63,329 bases of DNA from the IMG/VR virus record IMGVR_UViG_3300042520_003480, one strand, 5' to 3'. The position numbers and the translations under genes were made by a program. Source of the DNA: an uncultured virus (IMG/VR IMGVR_UViG_3300042520_003480) (Duplodnaviria > Heunggongvirae > Uroviricota > Caudoviricetes). Within the stretch, counting starts at the first letter, position 1. The number at the start of each line of letters is the position of its first letter. The notes beneath the pieces are model-generated. The model had not been told where the DNA came from and made no database searches. It worked only from the letters and a program-made list of their open reading frames with translations. Of this stretch, positions 20,784 through 29,778 are shown in pieces.

Positions 20784-21521
20784 CTAAATGTAGTTCATAT
20801 TTCTTTTTCCTTCAAACACAGTGGTAGGAAAATGTCTTTCCACTTCTTGTACTATAGGCACATTTCCCAAACCAATGGCTACAGCTAAAGCAAATGTAGA
20901 ATTTGCTACAAACGCTTTGCATCCAGCAATAACTCTGGCTAACTCCAGTGCATCTTGTACGGGATGATACGGAATCTGAATGCCTACTGTATATTCAAAA
21001 ATTTCGTGCTCTTTTGGAAGACCTACAAAGATTGCTTTGTCCCGAAACTCGAATTTACGAGCCTGAAACCAAGGAAAGTTTGATTGGCTTCTAGGCGTTC
21101 TGCAGACTATTGTTTTTTTGTTCAATTTGATTGGTTCGTCTACAGTTAACCACTCTTTATTTGAGTCCCACACAGAAAGATTAAATGCTTCTAAGTGTAG
21201 GTCTAGTAAATTTTTTGTCTTACTTCTAGAACTTGGATCTGCAAATTTGTATCTAAAGTTATTTAAATTGTAATCAATTTGTTGGTTTTTGTAAATTTTG
21301 ACTGCTTTAACATAAGGTTGAGTCTCGATTAGTGGTTTGATAAAATCAAAGCTCTTCTGATTAAAGTTGGTTTTTTTGTCAACACATTGAGCTTGAATAA
21401 TGGGTTCGTCTTCTCCTCCTGTAATATCTAGATATAGAGTTCCACCACCTAATTGTTTAATAGTTGGTAGGGAGTAAATAATATCTCCCAAATCTCCGGA
21501 ATGTTTAAATGTTTTATTCAT
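20784..21521 (-). CDS. GT9-like glycosyltransferase
   Basis: HSGDLGDIIYSLP and LARVIAGCKAFVANST. Confidence 0.65.
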   Translation of the reverse strand: MNKTFKHSGDLGDIIYSLPTIKQLGGGTLYLDITGGEDEPIIQAQCVDKKTNFNQKSFDFIKPLIETQPYVKAVKIYKNQQIDYNLNNFRYKFADPSSRSKTKNLLDLHLEAFNLSVWDSNKEWLTVDEPIKLNKKTIVCRTPRSQSNFPWFQARKFEFRDKAIFVGLPKEHEIFEYTVGIQIPYHPVQDALELARVIAGCKAFVANSTFALAVAIGLGNVPIVQEVERHFPTTVFEGKRNMNYI

Positions 21522-22569
21522 TTGAAGTTTGGCATATTTTATACAATTCTAAACATTTATCAAGCACTTCTTTTTTAGTAGCTCGTGTTTCTACATGTTC
21601 CACAAATTCGTGAAAAGCCGTTTCAATATCAATTGAAAGTTTTTTAACATCTTTTGTATCAACTTGTGCTGTATCAAGAATATCGAACTCTGTTCTAAAC
21701 TGCAATGGATTGTATTGAGTTAGTTTTGAAATTAATAGATCCAATGTTAGAGTATCAACTTTTGTGTCAACATACATGCTTACAATATTACCTTTAATAA
21801 TATCACAAACTTTTTCGTATTTCTTTTGAACAAGCTCTGAAATTTTGAGTCTATAGTGTTTTGGAGTTAATTCGTTTTGTATAAATTCTACATCAAACGT
21901 ATCAAAGTCTATAATAGAAACTCCTTTTGGTTGACCTCTATCACTAAAATCCATTTCATATGGACTGCCAAGATACATGATATACTTTCCGTCTTCATAT
22001 TTTCTTTGCTCTCTATAATGGAAATGTCCACTTACAACGGCTGAAGCTTTTTCAAGCAATTCTTTTGGCATGCCTCCATGTTCACATACTTTTGTTGGAT
22101 TCATTTTAAAATTAGTAATTTCCATGTGACCAACTAACATGTCTACTTTCTCTAACTCTTTTATTTGAGTGTGCCAAGGACAAAACGTTACTTTTTTTTC
22201 TCCGATATAAATTGTAGTAGGCTTTGTGAAAACTGTAATGTTGTTTCTTTCTAGAATCTCCATTGAGTTTACTTCAACCGTAGAAGAAAGAAATGCATCA
22301 TGATTTCCTGGAATCATGTAAATTTGATAGTCTGACAATTTATCAAAAAACCTTTTGGCTACATGCAGTGTGCTCACGCCTATTTCGTGTCTATTGTGAA
22401 AAATATCTCCAGCGAAAATTATAGTATCTAGCTTGTGTTCTTTCATTACTTGGTCAATCCAAGTTCCCACTGTCAAGCATGTATTATGCCAAGTTTGTGA
22501 ATCTTGATGGACTCCCAAATGGAGATCAGCAAAAAATAAAACTTTATTATTTTTTGGATTAACCTTCAA
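21514..22569 (-). CDS. gp47-like Mre11/SbcD nuclease
   Basis: ADLHLG, AGDIF, PGNHD, GH and SGHFH; likely TTG start overlapping the gp55 stop. Confidence 0.92.
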   Translation of the reverse strand: MKVNPKNNKVLFFADLHLGVHQDSQTWHNTCLTVGTWIDQVMKEHKLDTIIFAGDIFHNRHEIGVSTLHVAKRFFDKLSDYQIYMIPGNHDAFLSSTVEVNSMEILERNNITVFTKPTTIYIGEKKVTFCPWHTQIKELEKVDMLVGHMEITNFKMNPTKVCEHGGMPKELLEKASAVVSGHFHYREQRKYEDGKYIMYLGSPYEMDFSDRGQPKGVSIIDFDTFDVEFIQNELTPKHYRLKISELVQKKYEKVCDIIKGNIVSMYVDTKVDTLTLDLLISKLTQYNPLQFRTEFDILDTAQVDTKDVKKLSIDIETAFHEFVEHVETRATKKEVLDKCLELYKICQTSNE

Positions 22570-23044
22570 AGTGTCCGCTTTCTGTATAATCTCCAGACAT
22601 TGGGTTGTGAGTGTTCTTTTTAAATGGAATTTGTCCACTGCACATATGATCCTCATACATTTCTTCTTGATAGCGCTTGAGTGTCTCGAAGTCTTTTTTA
22701 GACTTTTTAATGCAATTCTGAAAAGCATGATAAGCAACTTTAGTAAAGTATGAAAAAGGATTAAATCCCTCGTTGCATTTAAACCTCTTTCTTCTTAAGG
22801 CAGTCATCATCTTGACGATTGCGTCTCCTTGCATTTCGGTTTTGAAGCTGTATGAATAAAAATTACGAGCCTGTCCAAGCCGCACAGCTATCATTTGTAT
22901 CATTGCTGCTAAGTCTTCTGAAAGATGATCAGTATCATAGTAATTAACTATTAACTTTTCCATGGCAATTGGATCGATGTAAACGTCTTTTAATTCTTCT
23001 TTAGTACGTCTAACTCTTTTTTTAACAGCTGGTTCTTGACTCAT
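22559..23044 (-). CDS. gp55-like late-transcription sigma factor
   Basis: NFYSYSFKTEMQGDA and FNPFSYFTKVAYHAF; sits upstream of gp47 as in T4. Confidence 0.88.
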   Translation of the reverse strand: MSQEPAVKKRVRRTKEELKDVYIDPIAMEKLIVNYYDTDHLSEDLAAMIQMIAVRLGQARNFYSYSFKTEMQGDAIVKMMTALRRKRFKCNEGFNPFSYFTKVAYHAFQNCIKKSKKDFETLKRYQEEMYEDHMCSGQIPFKKNTHNPMSGDYTESGHFEG

Positions 23045-23071
23045 ATGTTTAATCACTATATAGTATGTTTT

Positions 23072-24511
23072 TTACTTTTCAACTAATTCTGTTATAGTTA
23101 AAGGAATATTTTCAGTTTCGTATAATCTCTTTCTTTCCTCAAAGTGTTTGTATCCATAAGTCAAACAAACATCAGCAATATCAAAAATTGTAGCAATTTG
23201 TTTAGTGTGATGCAGACGCAAACTTCTACCAATTGACTGGATGATTTTAATACGAGCCTTTCCTATAGCTGCAAATACGATGTTGTGCAAATTTTTAATT
23301 GAAATACCGGTAGAAAATATCTTAGAAATAGCAATACAAACTACTCCAGAAGTTTCTTCCATTAATGATCGCATTTTTTCCCGCTCTTCTACTTCTACAG
23401 AGCCTTGTATAAAATATATCTGTTTGTCTGTTTTGCTTTTTAAAAATTCAAGCAAATGTTCTCCATGAACAATTCTATCAACAAGTATTAAAGTGTTTGT
23501 ATCTAGCTTATTGATTAATTTTGCTATTACTTCATTTCTGTATTCATTTGTATGCAGCCAGGTCGTTTCTTCTTCGTACCCAGCTGTTGGCTCAGACATC
23601 GAGGGCCTCGTAAAGTTTGGAATATCTTTGTAATTCATTTCCAAACCAACTACTCTTACTTTAGAAATAAATTTGTCTTGTCTCAATTCAATTGACTTTT
23701 TGTGATAGATCACTGAGCCAAATATTCGATTAATTGACCAAACGTCAAATTTATTTTCAGGCAAAGATCCAGTAAATCCAAATATATGGTTACACTTTAA
23801 GGCTTTTACTAATTTAGAAATCTTCTCAGCTGTTGCTAATTTATGGCACTCGTCAACAATTACTGTTTGAAATCTCTCAAGAACTTCTTTGTCTTGTTTT
23901 TCAGATAGTAGAATTTGATTATTTGCAACAACAATTTTAGTTGGCGAAAACTCATAGCTTCCAGTCCATTTGGAAATTAAATTTTCTGGAATGCCGTAAT
24001 CCAAAAAGTCTTGAAATGTCTGTTGGACAAGTTGAATATCAGGCACCAAAATAAGCACATTATTATCTTTTTCGTCTACAGCTGTTTTAGCAATTAACGC
24101 AATGGTAAGTGTTTTCCCAGCTGATGTAGGAAGAACAACTACCCCCTTTCCTTTCTGTAATGCTTCAGTCGCTGATTCTAATTGATAATCTCTAGGAGTT
24201 AAATTGAGTTCGTTTGGTTTATTAGAAATTGATTTGACCTCAATTATTTGAGAAAGCTTTTGAGAAATTTTTAATTGTAACGAAGGAAATTTAAGTTTTG
24301 TTTCACTGCAAATTTCATCAAAAAACGGAAGATCGAAATACCCTTTATTTGTTATTGCATACTTTCTCACTGGCATATTTCTACCTAGCCTTCTCCTGAG
24401 AAATACCATTGCCTTATCTTCAACTGAAAAATGTTCTCTAATTTGTTCGAGATATTCAGAAGAAATTTTAGGCTTCCGGGCAACCGTATCGTAATCGAAT
24501 AATACCTCCAT
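23072..24511 (-). CDS. uvsW: UvsW SF2 helicase
   Basis: PRDYQ, PTSAGKT, DECH, FTGS and QSIGRSLR. Confidence 0.93.
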   Translation of the reverse strand: MEVLFDYDTVARKPKISSEYLEQIREHFSVEDKAMVFLRRRLGRNMPVRKYAITNKGYFDLPFFDEICSETKLKFPSLQLKISQKLSQIIEVKSISNKPNELNLTPRDYQLESATEALQKGKGVVVLPTSAGKTLTIALIAKTAVDEKDNNVLILVPDIQLVQQTFQDFLDYGIPENLISKWTGSYEFSPTKIVVANNQILLSEKQDKEVLERFQTVIVDECHKLATAEKISKLVKALKCNHIFGFTGSLPENKFDVWSINRIFGSVIYHKKSIELRQDKFISKVRVVGLEMNYKDIPNFTRPSMSEPTAGYEEETTWLHTNEYRNEVIAKLINKLDTNTLILVDRIVHGEHLLEFLKSKTDKQIYFIQGSVEVEEREKMRSLMEETSGVVCIAISKIFSTGISIKNLHNIVFAAIGKARIKIIQSIGRSLRLHHTKQIATIFDIADVCLTYGYKHFEERKRLYETENIPLTITELVEK

Positions 24512-24921
24512 TACGTTGTTTCTAACGTTATTATCTTAGTAAGATTATTCATACCATACTGAGCGTCCCTAAAGTTGGATTCGACTTTAGTGAGGTATTC
24601 TATTAAGAATTCATTATTGCTAATCTCTTCATCAATTTTTTGCATAACTTCGTGCTTGGATATTGATTCAATTATAGTCTTGGGATTCAATCCAATCGGA
24701 GATTCCAACTCTATTCTCTCTCTTAGAGTTTTTGTGGCCTTCTCTCTTGTCTTTTTTAGTTTCATTATTTGTTGTTTATGAAACATTAATCGCCCAACCC
24801 AATAGTGACGAACAGAAGCAAGAGACATTTGAACGTCTTTTAAATTTAGCTCATCGAACTTAAGAAATTCTTCTATCTTTTGATGATATTCTTGAAATAA
24901 ATTAATGCTAGTTTCTGACAC
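24511..24921 (-). CDS. uvsY: UvsY-like recombination mediator
   Basis: 136-aa helical protein directly upstream of uvsW; call rests on size and synteny. Confidence 0.65.
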   Translation of the reverse strand: MSETSINLFQEYHQKIEEFLKFDELNLKDVQMSLASVRHYWVGRLMFHKQQIMKLKKTREKATKTLRERIELESPIGLNPKTIIESISKHEVMQKIDEEISNNEFLIEYLTKVESNFRDAQYGMNNLTKIITLETT

Positions 24922-24963
24922 AAACTAATTTATACCACCAAAAAATAAAAACTCTACTAGCTC

Positions 24964-26070
24964 TTATTGAGTTAATTGATCAAACATTTTTTTAGAAGCA
25001 CCGTAATCTTTGCCTAGTAACTTAGCTGTAGTTCCGATAACGTTTCGATCTACTCCTTGAACTTTCTGTAATTCTTGCCGTACCTGGTTTATGATAGCAT
25101 TAATTGTTGAATTTCCTTCTGCTGAATAAGCGTCTACTGTCTCGAGCGCCTTAACTCCTCCAGTCGCGTCAATTTTATCTTTTAATACTGATAATATTTT
25201 TTTAGAATTGACGCCTCCGCTGCCACCTTCAGCATTAAACACTTTATTTATTATTCTTAGTATAGCATGTCCTTCTTTTGTCTCCATAGAGAAGGGTTTG
25301 CCGGTTATTATTTCAAAAGCTTTCATTGTAGTTGGATTTTCTATAGCTATAGATGAACCATAAATAGCAGAATCTCCACGCATTAGCGGTGAAATTTGAT
25401 TAAATGCTTCCTTTCCAATAAGACCGAGTATTTTGCCTATTACCCCTACTAATACAGATTTGCCAAATGCTTCTAGTGGTTTTTCTCCTTTTAATAGACC
25501 TATAGTTCCACGAATTAAGCAGGCAGCAACAAATATAGCTAAAGTGGAAGCTCCAGCAAATGACATAGCTGTAGTCAGCGCTACGGACAATAAAGACATT
25601 TTAATTGGATTATTTTGAACTAGCGTTTGAGCTTCTTTTATTATTCCGTTAATGTAGGAAGCAGCTTTAGGATCCAATCGCTCAATAAAACTATTGAATT
25701 TATTAATTGATGCTTGATATACTCTTTCGTCAATTTCCTTCAAACCGGTCTTTTCATATCCGTATCTTTTAACAAAATCCCCTATAGGTTTTGTAATACT
25801 TGTGTATATATCTCCTACTGCCTTTAAGGGCTTAACAGCAGCATTGCCTATGTCGGAAAATATCCCTTCTTCTAGCTTTTCTGGTGAAGTTTGTTGTCCC
25901 AACAAATAAGCTTCAACAAACATTAACTTTGCCTCTTCACTATTTAAATTCCAAACAGATTCAGAGAAAAAATCAGATAAACCGGAATTGAGGTATGTGT
26001 GTTCTATTAACTGTTTGTTTAATACTTTAGCGTAACACGCTTCCAATAAAACATGATCGTTAGATTTCAT
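24964..26070 (-). CDS. hypothetical protein with MKxxD..LLE.xY leader and a central hydrophobic hairpin
   Basis: Starts MKSNDHVLLEACY; hydrophobic segment SLLSVALTTAMSFAGASTLAIFVAACLI. Confidence 0.75.
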   Translation of the reverse strand: MKSNDHVLLEACYAKVLNKQLIEHTYLNSGLSDFFSESVWNLNSEEAKLMFVEAYLLGQQTSPEKLEEGIFSDIGNAAVKPLKAVGDIYTSITKPIGDFVKRYGYEKTGLKEIDERVYQASINKFNSFIERLDPKAASYINGIIKEAQTLVQNNPIKMSLLSVALTTAMSFAGASTLAIFVAACLIRGTIGLLKGEKPLEAFGKSVLVGVIGKILGLIGKEAFNQISPLMRGDSAIYGSSIAIENPTTMKAFEIITGKPFSMETKEGHAILRIINKVFNAEGGSGGVNSKKILSVLKDKIDATGGVKALETVDAYSAEGNSTINAIINQVRQELQKVQGVDRNVIGTTAKLLGKDYGASKKMFDQLTQ

Positions 26071-26089
26071 TACTTTAATTATCAATCTT

Positions 26090-26430
26090 GCTTCCTGTTC
26101 CCGCCCCCTTAAGAATATCTTTATAATCCGGCAAATTCAGATCGAAGGAGGGAGGTCCCCCATTGTTAGGGAAAACCTCCAATCTTTAATACTCCGTATA
26201 AAACGAGTCTCAGTCGGGTTAACAAGCTTCAAAAAATCCTTTGATTAATATGCCCCCTCGGTTGTCCTATAAGGGCTGGCTTGAGCGGTCCTAGCAAATG
26301 CTAGACAACGGTCACGCAATTAGCGCACATCGAGAAATGTTTTTAATTTGTGAATCGCTGATTCCTGTTTTTTATCTTCCTACGAAGGCCCACGCAAGCG
26401 CGCTCTGGTTAGTCCTAACAGCGATGGTGT
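26090..26430 (-). ncRNA. candidate structured non-coding RNA or origin primer RNA
   Basis: ORF-free and GC-enriched, with several nested helices, immediately downstream of a TTGACT promoter. Confidence 0.55.
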
Positions 26431-26459
26431 TAATATCTTTTAATTATTGCAAAAGTCAA
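26431..26459 (-). promoter_or_regulatory. sigma70-like promoter (one of a family)
   Basis: TTGACT followed by an AT-rich -10 region. Similar minus-strand TTGAC boxes sit at about 29778, 40572, 42441, 44298, 54978, 55357, 59335, 60332 and 62232, each upstream of a gene or RNA. Confidence 0.6.
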
Positions 26460-26479
26460 CCAAAACATTAAATACTTTT

Positions 26480-26692
26480 ATGGAATTTAAAACTTTGGTC
26501 GAACAAGTCCTTGAAGAAGATGTAGTTGCTGGCGGCTCTGCTTCTGCCTTTGGACCAAACGTATCCAATACATCTACAGTGATGAGCGGAGATAACTATG
26601 CTCCAGGAGATGCACGTACCCCTAAAAGCCTTTACGGCGGAACTATGACTCGCAACGGCATTCGCAAGAAGAAGTCAAAAAAGAAAAAATAA
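26480..26692 (+). CDS. small hypothetical protein with a basic tail
   Basis: MEFKTLVEQVLEED...KKKSKKKK; TAAATA just upstream. Confidence 0.7.
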   Translation: MEFKTLVEQVLEEDVVAGGSASAFGPNVSNTSTVMSGDNYAPGDARTPKSLYGGTMTRNGIRKKKSKKKK

Positions 26693-26693
26693 A

Positions 26694-27113
26694 ATGGAGT
26701 TAGGTCACTGGAGACTAGCTGAAGGTTTAGAATACAACCCAAGCGCTTTTGGTTTTATCTACGAAATATCCAACAATTCTTTATCTAGTCCTAAAAAGTA
26801 TATTGGTAAAAAACAATGTGTGTCGAAAGTAAAACGGAAACCACTAAAAGGCAAAACAAGAAACAGAATTGATCACAAAGAATCGGATTGGAAGACATAT
26901 ACTGGTTCATCAAAAGAGCTGAATGAAGACATCGCTAAGTATGGCAAGGAAAACTTTACTTTCACTATTCTTGAGTGGTGTGGATCAAAATGGGAATTGG
27001 GGTATAAAGAGATTAAGCGTCAAATTGAACAAGACGTTATATTAAGTGAAGGCTTTTACAATGGTATTTTAAATGTGCGCATTGGTAGGCCACCTAAAGA
27101 CTTTAAAAAATGA
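26694..27113 (+). CDS. GIY-YIG-like nuclease domain protein
   Basis: FGFIYEI...KKYIGKK, ESDWKTYTGSS and FYNG. Confidence 0.75.
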   Translation: MELGHWRLAEGLEYNPSAFGFIYEISNNSLSSPKKYIGKKQCVSKVKRKPLKGKTRNRIDHKESDWKTYTGSSKELNEDIAKYGKENFTFTILEWCGSKWELGYKEIKRQIEQDVILSEGFYNGILNVRIGRPPKDFKK

Positions 27114-27529
27114 TTAAAACATTTCCTAAATCTAGAGTATGTGTTATTGACGCTTATCCTTGTTTTGAAAAAGGATTAAAAGCAGCGACGGACTTTGCAA
27201 AAAAGCACAATATATCTCTTAGTAGTTCGGATGGCAAAAAGCTAATACTTGGGTATTGCCTTAGATCAATAGAAACCACATACAAAACAACATCAAGTCC
27301 GTTTCCAAAAGTAATTTGTATGTCAAGCAAATCAATTACAAGAAAAGTTAGCAAGTTTATTGAAAACCACTTTGAAGGAATGATGAGTTATTTTCCAGCT
27401 CCTTATTGTGGCAAGTTTGATTTAAACTCTCCTGATTTAGAGAGTGCCGCAGAAAATAGCTTGAAGCAAAAAAAATCACAAAGACAATTTGAGCGATTTG
27501 CTTCTAAATTAAAGATTAAATTAAATTAA
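27110..27529 (+). CDS. hypothetical protein
   Basis: ATGA-coupled ORF. Confidence 0.7.
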   Translation: MIKTFPKSRVCVIDAYPCFEKGLKAATDFAKKHNISLSSSDGKKLILGYCLRSIETTYKTTSSPFPKVICMSSKSITRKVSKFIENHFEGMMSYFPAPYCGKFDLNSPDLESAAENSLKQKKSQRQFERFASKLKIKLN

Positions 27530-28197
27530 AACGGTTGCTTTTCCCCGTCCAAAACAACCTTTGAAGCATCAATTAGAGATCCATCTTCCTCTCCAAAGAA
27601 GTTACCGCTGTCTTTAATATACAATTTCATTTGAGGAATGCGCATATCTGGAGGCCCCTCTAAACGAATAACTGCAGGGCAATCTTCTGAAGGAAAAAAT
27701 GCACCAGTTCCTTTTTCATAAGAAGACACAATTGAGTCAAAAATGTTGTCAATCTCTTCTCTAAATACTTCATCTGTTTCTCTACCTTCTCTGGGGGTAA
27801 TTGGTATTTCTTTACGCAAAGGAACATAGAATACAACGTCCAAATGTTTTAAAGAAAGTGCAGCAATATCTTTACAAGTTAGCACAAATTCTGGGGTAAA
27901 TCCATTAGTGCCTTTAGCATGGTGCCAAAGCGTATACACCATATTATCAACTGTACATCTATCAAAAATGATATGTTTGTCGTCAGATGTACTAGCCAAC
28001 TGTAATTCATCAACTAACGCATTAAGGATGGCTTTTTGAGATTCTTTGTCCCCATCCTTATTGAGCTTAATGTTTTTATCCTTAATAATGTCTCTGTATG
28101 TTTTTTCAGGCCGTTTGTACATAGGCCATTGCTTAAGAAATTCTTCAATTAACGTAGTTTTACCTACACAGTGTGCACCAATTAACGCAATTCGCAT
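27526..28197 (-). CDS. P-loop kinase (AAA_28/nucleotide kinase-like)
   Basis: IALIGAHCVGKTT and IFDRCTVD. Confidence 0.75.
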   Translation of the reverse strand: MRIALIGAHCVGKTTLIEEFLKQWPMYKRPEKTYRDIIKDKNIKLNKDGDKESQKAILNALVDELQLASTSDDKHIIFDRCTVDNMVYTLWHHAKGTNGFTPEFVLTCKDIAALSLKHLDVVFYVPLRKEIPITPREGRETDEVFREEIDNIFDSIVSSYEKGTGAFFPSEDCPAVIRLEGPPDMRIPQMKLYIKDSGNFFGEEDGSLIDASKVVLDGEKQPF

Positions 28198-28227
28198 GAA
28201 ATTTATTTAGAGACAGTTTGAAATTAA

Positions 28228-28992
28228 TCAAACCCTTAATGCCAAATCCCAAACCAAAAGATGCAATCTTGGACTAAAGTTGACGTGCATAGCCTTAGCG
28301 TATTCTGCTACAGCTTGAGCTCTCTCTATATGCTCTTGACGAGATCCACAGCAAGGCATAAACCATACACGCTGTAAAGGAACGTTAATTCCTTCTTCAT
28401 CCTCAATATATTTTTTCCAAATTTCTTCAATGTCTCGATCTGAAGTAATTACAAATTTAAAGCCAGAATTGTGATCAACGTGCCACCTAAGAACATCTGG
28501 TTTGTATGTCTTTTCTTCTGGATCTCCATTTGTTGTGAGTTTTGGAGATGTCGTAAAGCTTGCACAAAACTCTTCCACCCACCGTTCGTCTGGCTTAAGC
28601 GTAGCATTTGTTTCAAAGTCAATACGAGGATTAAATCCATAACGCTCAACAAAAGCCTCCATAAACTTAAGAAGCTGCTTTTCTTGAATAAGAGGTTCTC
28701 CTCCAGTTAGTTTAAAGATTGCTCTGTTACGAAGATGTTCAATGTAATTGTTTTTTTCCATTACATCAAAAATTTCTTTAAATGTCATTTTGTTTTTAAT
28801 TGACCAAGAAACAAATGAGTCACAGCCATTTGGAGAATTTGGAGAAGCAAACCCCTTGCATGTCAAATTGCACATTGACATCCTCATAAACACTGAGGGT
28901 TGACCTACATATTCTCCTTCACCTTCTACTGTATAAAATATCTTATCATCTGATAAGAACAACGTTTCTTTTTCTACATCAATATTATTCAT
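28228..28992 (-). CDS. queE: 7-carboxy-7-deazaguanine synthase (radical SAM)
   Basis: IFYTVEGEG, VFMR, CNLTC-x11-CDS, LTGGEPL, FETN, SPK and SPRLH. Confidence 0.92.
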   Translation of the reverse strand: MNNIDVEKETLFLSDDKIFYTVEGEGEYVGQPSVFMRMSMCNLTCKGFASPNSPNGCDSFVSWSIKNKMTFKEIFDVMEKNNYIEHLRNRAIFKLTGGEPLIQEKQLLKFMEAFVERYGFNPRIDFETNATLKPDERWVEEFCASFTTSPKLTTNGDPEEKTYKPDVLRWHVDHNSGFKFVITSDRDIEEIWKKYIEDEEGINVPLQRVWFMPCCGSRQEHIERAQAVAEYAKAMHVNFSPRLHLLVWDLALRV

Positions 28993-28997
28993 AATTT

Positions 28998-29465
28998 TTA
29001 TTCTGTGTAAATTGCACTATTTTTATCATGCTCCCAGACTTCTACTTTAGAAACCCAACAGCGTCTATTTGTAATTTCTTGTATGTATTGGCTTGCTGTT
29101 TTAAAACACCACTCAGCAACTTTCTCGATACCTACTCCATCCATCACGCGAAGGTCACACCCTCCTTGTTTATGGAGTTCCTCAAACAAGGGAAGTAACG
29201 GGTCAGCTTTATCAATTGTTAAAGTGTGATCAAATTGATGTTGAAGTATTAGTTTAAGGCTACCAAGCCCTCCAAAATCAACAGCCCAATTTTTATCATC
29301 CAAATGGTTACACTCAAACCAAAACTTTGCTTGAAGCTTGTAGCCATGCACAAAACTACATCTTTTAGAATTGATTCCTGCTCCTGGTCTATCAAAAGCA
29401 GCATTTGGTTGACGGAAAGCACAAGACCCAAGCTCAATTATTTTAGTAGATGTATATTTTTTCAT
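28998..29465 (-). CDS. queD: 6-carboxy-5,6,7,8-tetrahydropterin synthase
   Basis: CSFVHGY, VDFGGL, FDH and VEVWEHDKNSA; adjacent to queE. Confidence 0.9.
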   Translation of the reverse strand: MKKYTSTKIIELGSCAFRQPNAAFDRPGAGINSKRCSFVHGYKLQAKFWFECNHLDDKNWAVDFGGLGSLKLILQHQFDHTLTIDKADPLLPLFEELHKQGGCDLRVMDGVGIEKVAEWCFKTASQYIQEITNRRCWVSKVEVWEHDKNSAIYTE

Positions 29466-29466
29466 A

Positions 29467-29748
29467 TTAAACTTCTTCAAATGTTACTACTTCTAAATTA
29501 TTTTTGAACTCTTCAAACAAAGTATTTGACGTAACATCTTCATAATTTTCTTCCTTCAAAAATTGAACATTGTTGAGTTTGATATCTGGTTTGAGTTCTT
29601 TTAGTTGCTTAGCCAATTTAAAAAGTTCAGCTTGATACTCTTCATTGGTATTAGATGTTACGTTGACTGAACAAGAAAACAATAAAGCAGAAATTAACGT
29701 TGAGAGGTCTTTTTCTGATACGGAGACATTTAATGAGTTTTTAGACAT
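29467..29748 (-). CDS. hypothetical protein
   Basis: ORF in the operon, with a TTGAC promoter upstream. Confidence 0.65.
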   Translation of the reverse strand: MSKNSLNVSVSEKDLSTLISALLFSCSVNVTSNTNEEYQAELFKLAKQLKELKPDIKLNNVQFLKEENYEDVTSNTLFEEFKNNLEVVTFEEV

Positions 29749-29778
29749 GAGAGAAGATTACGATACTTCTCTGTTTTG

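Noticed and set aside
22570..22737. Long N-terminal extension of gp47 overlapping gp55 in the ORF track
   Set aside because: A TTG at 22569 gives a normal nuclease start just before the first motif; the extension is likely an ORF-calling artefact.
26694..27113. Mobile homing endonuclease
   Set aside because: Only a short GIY-YIG-like domain with no DNA-binding extension and no intron context.
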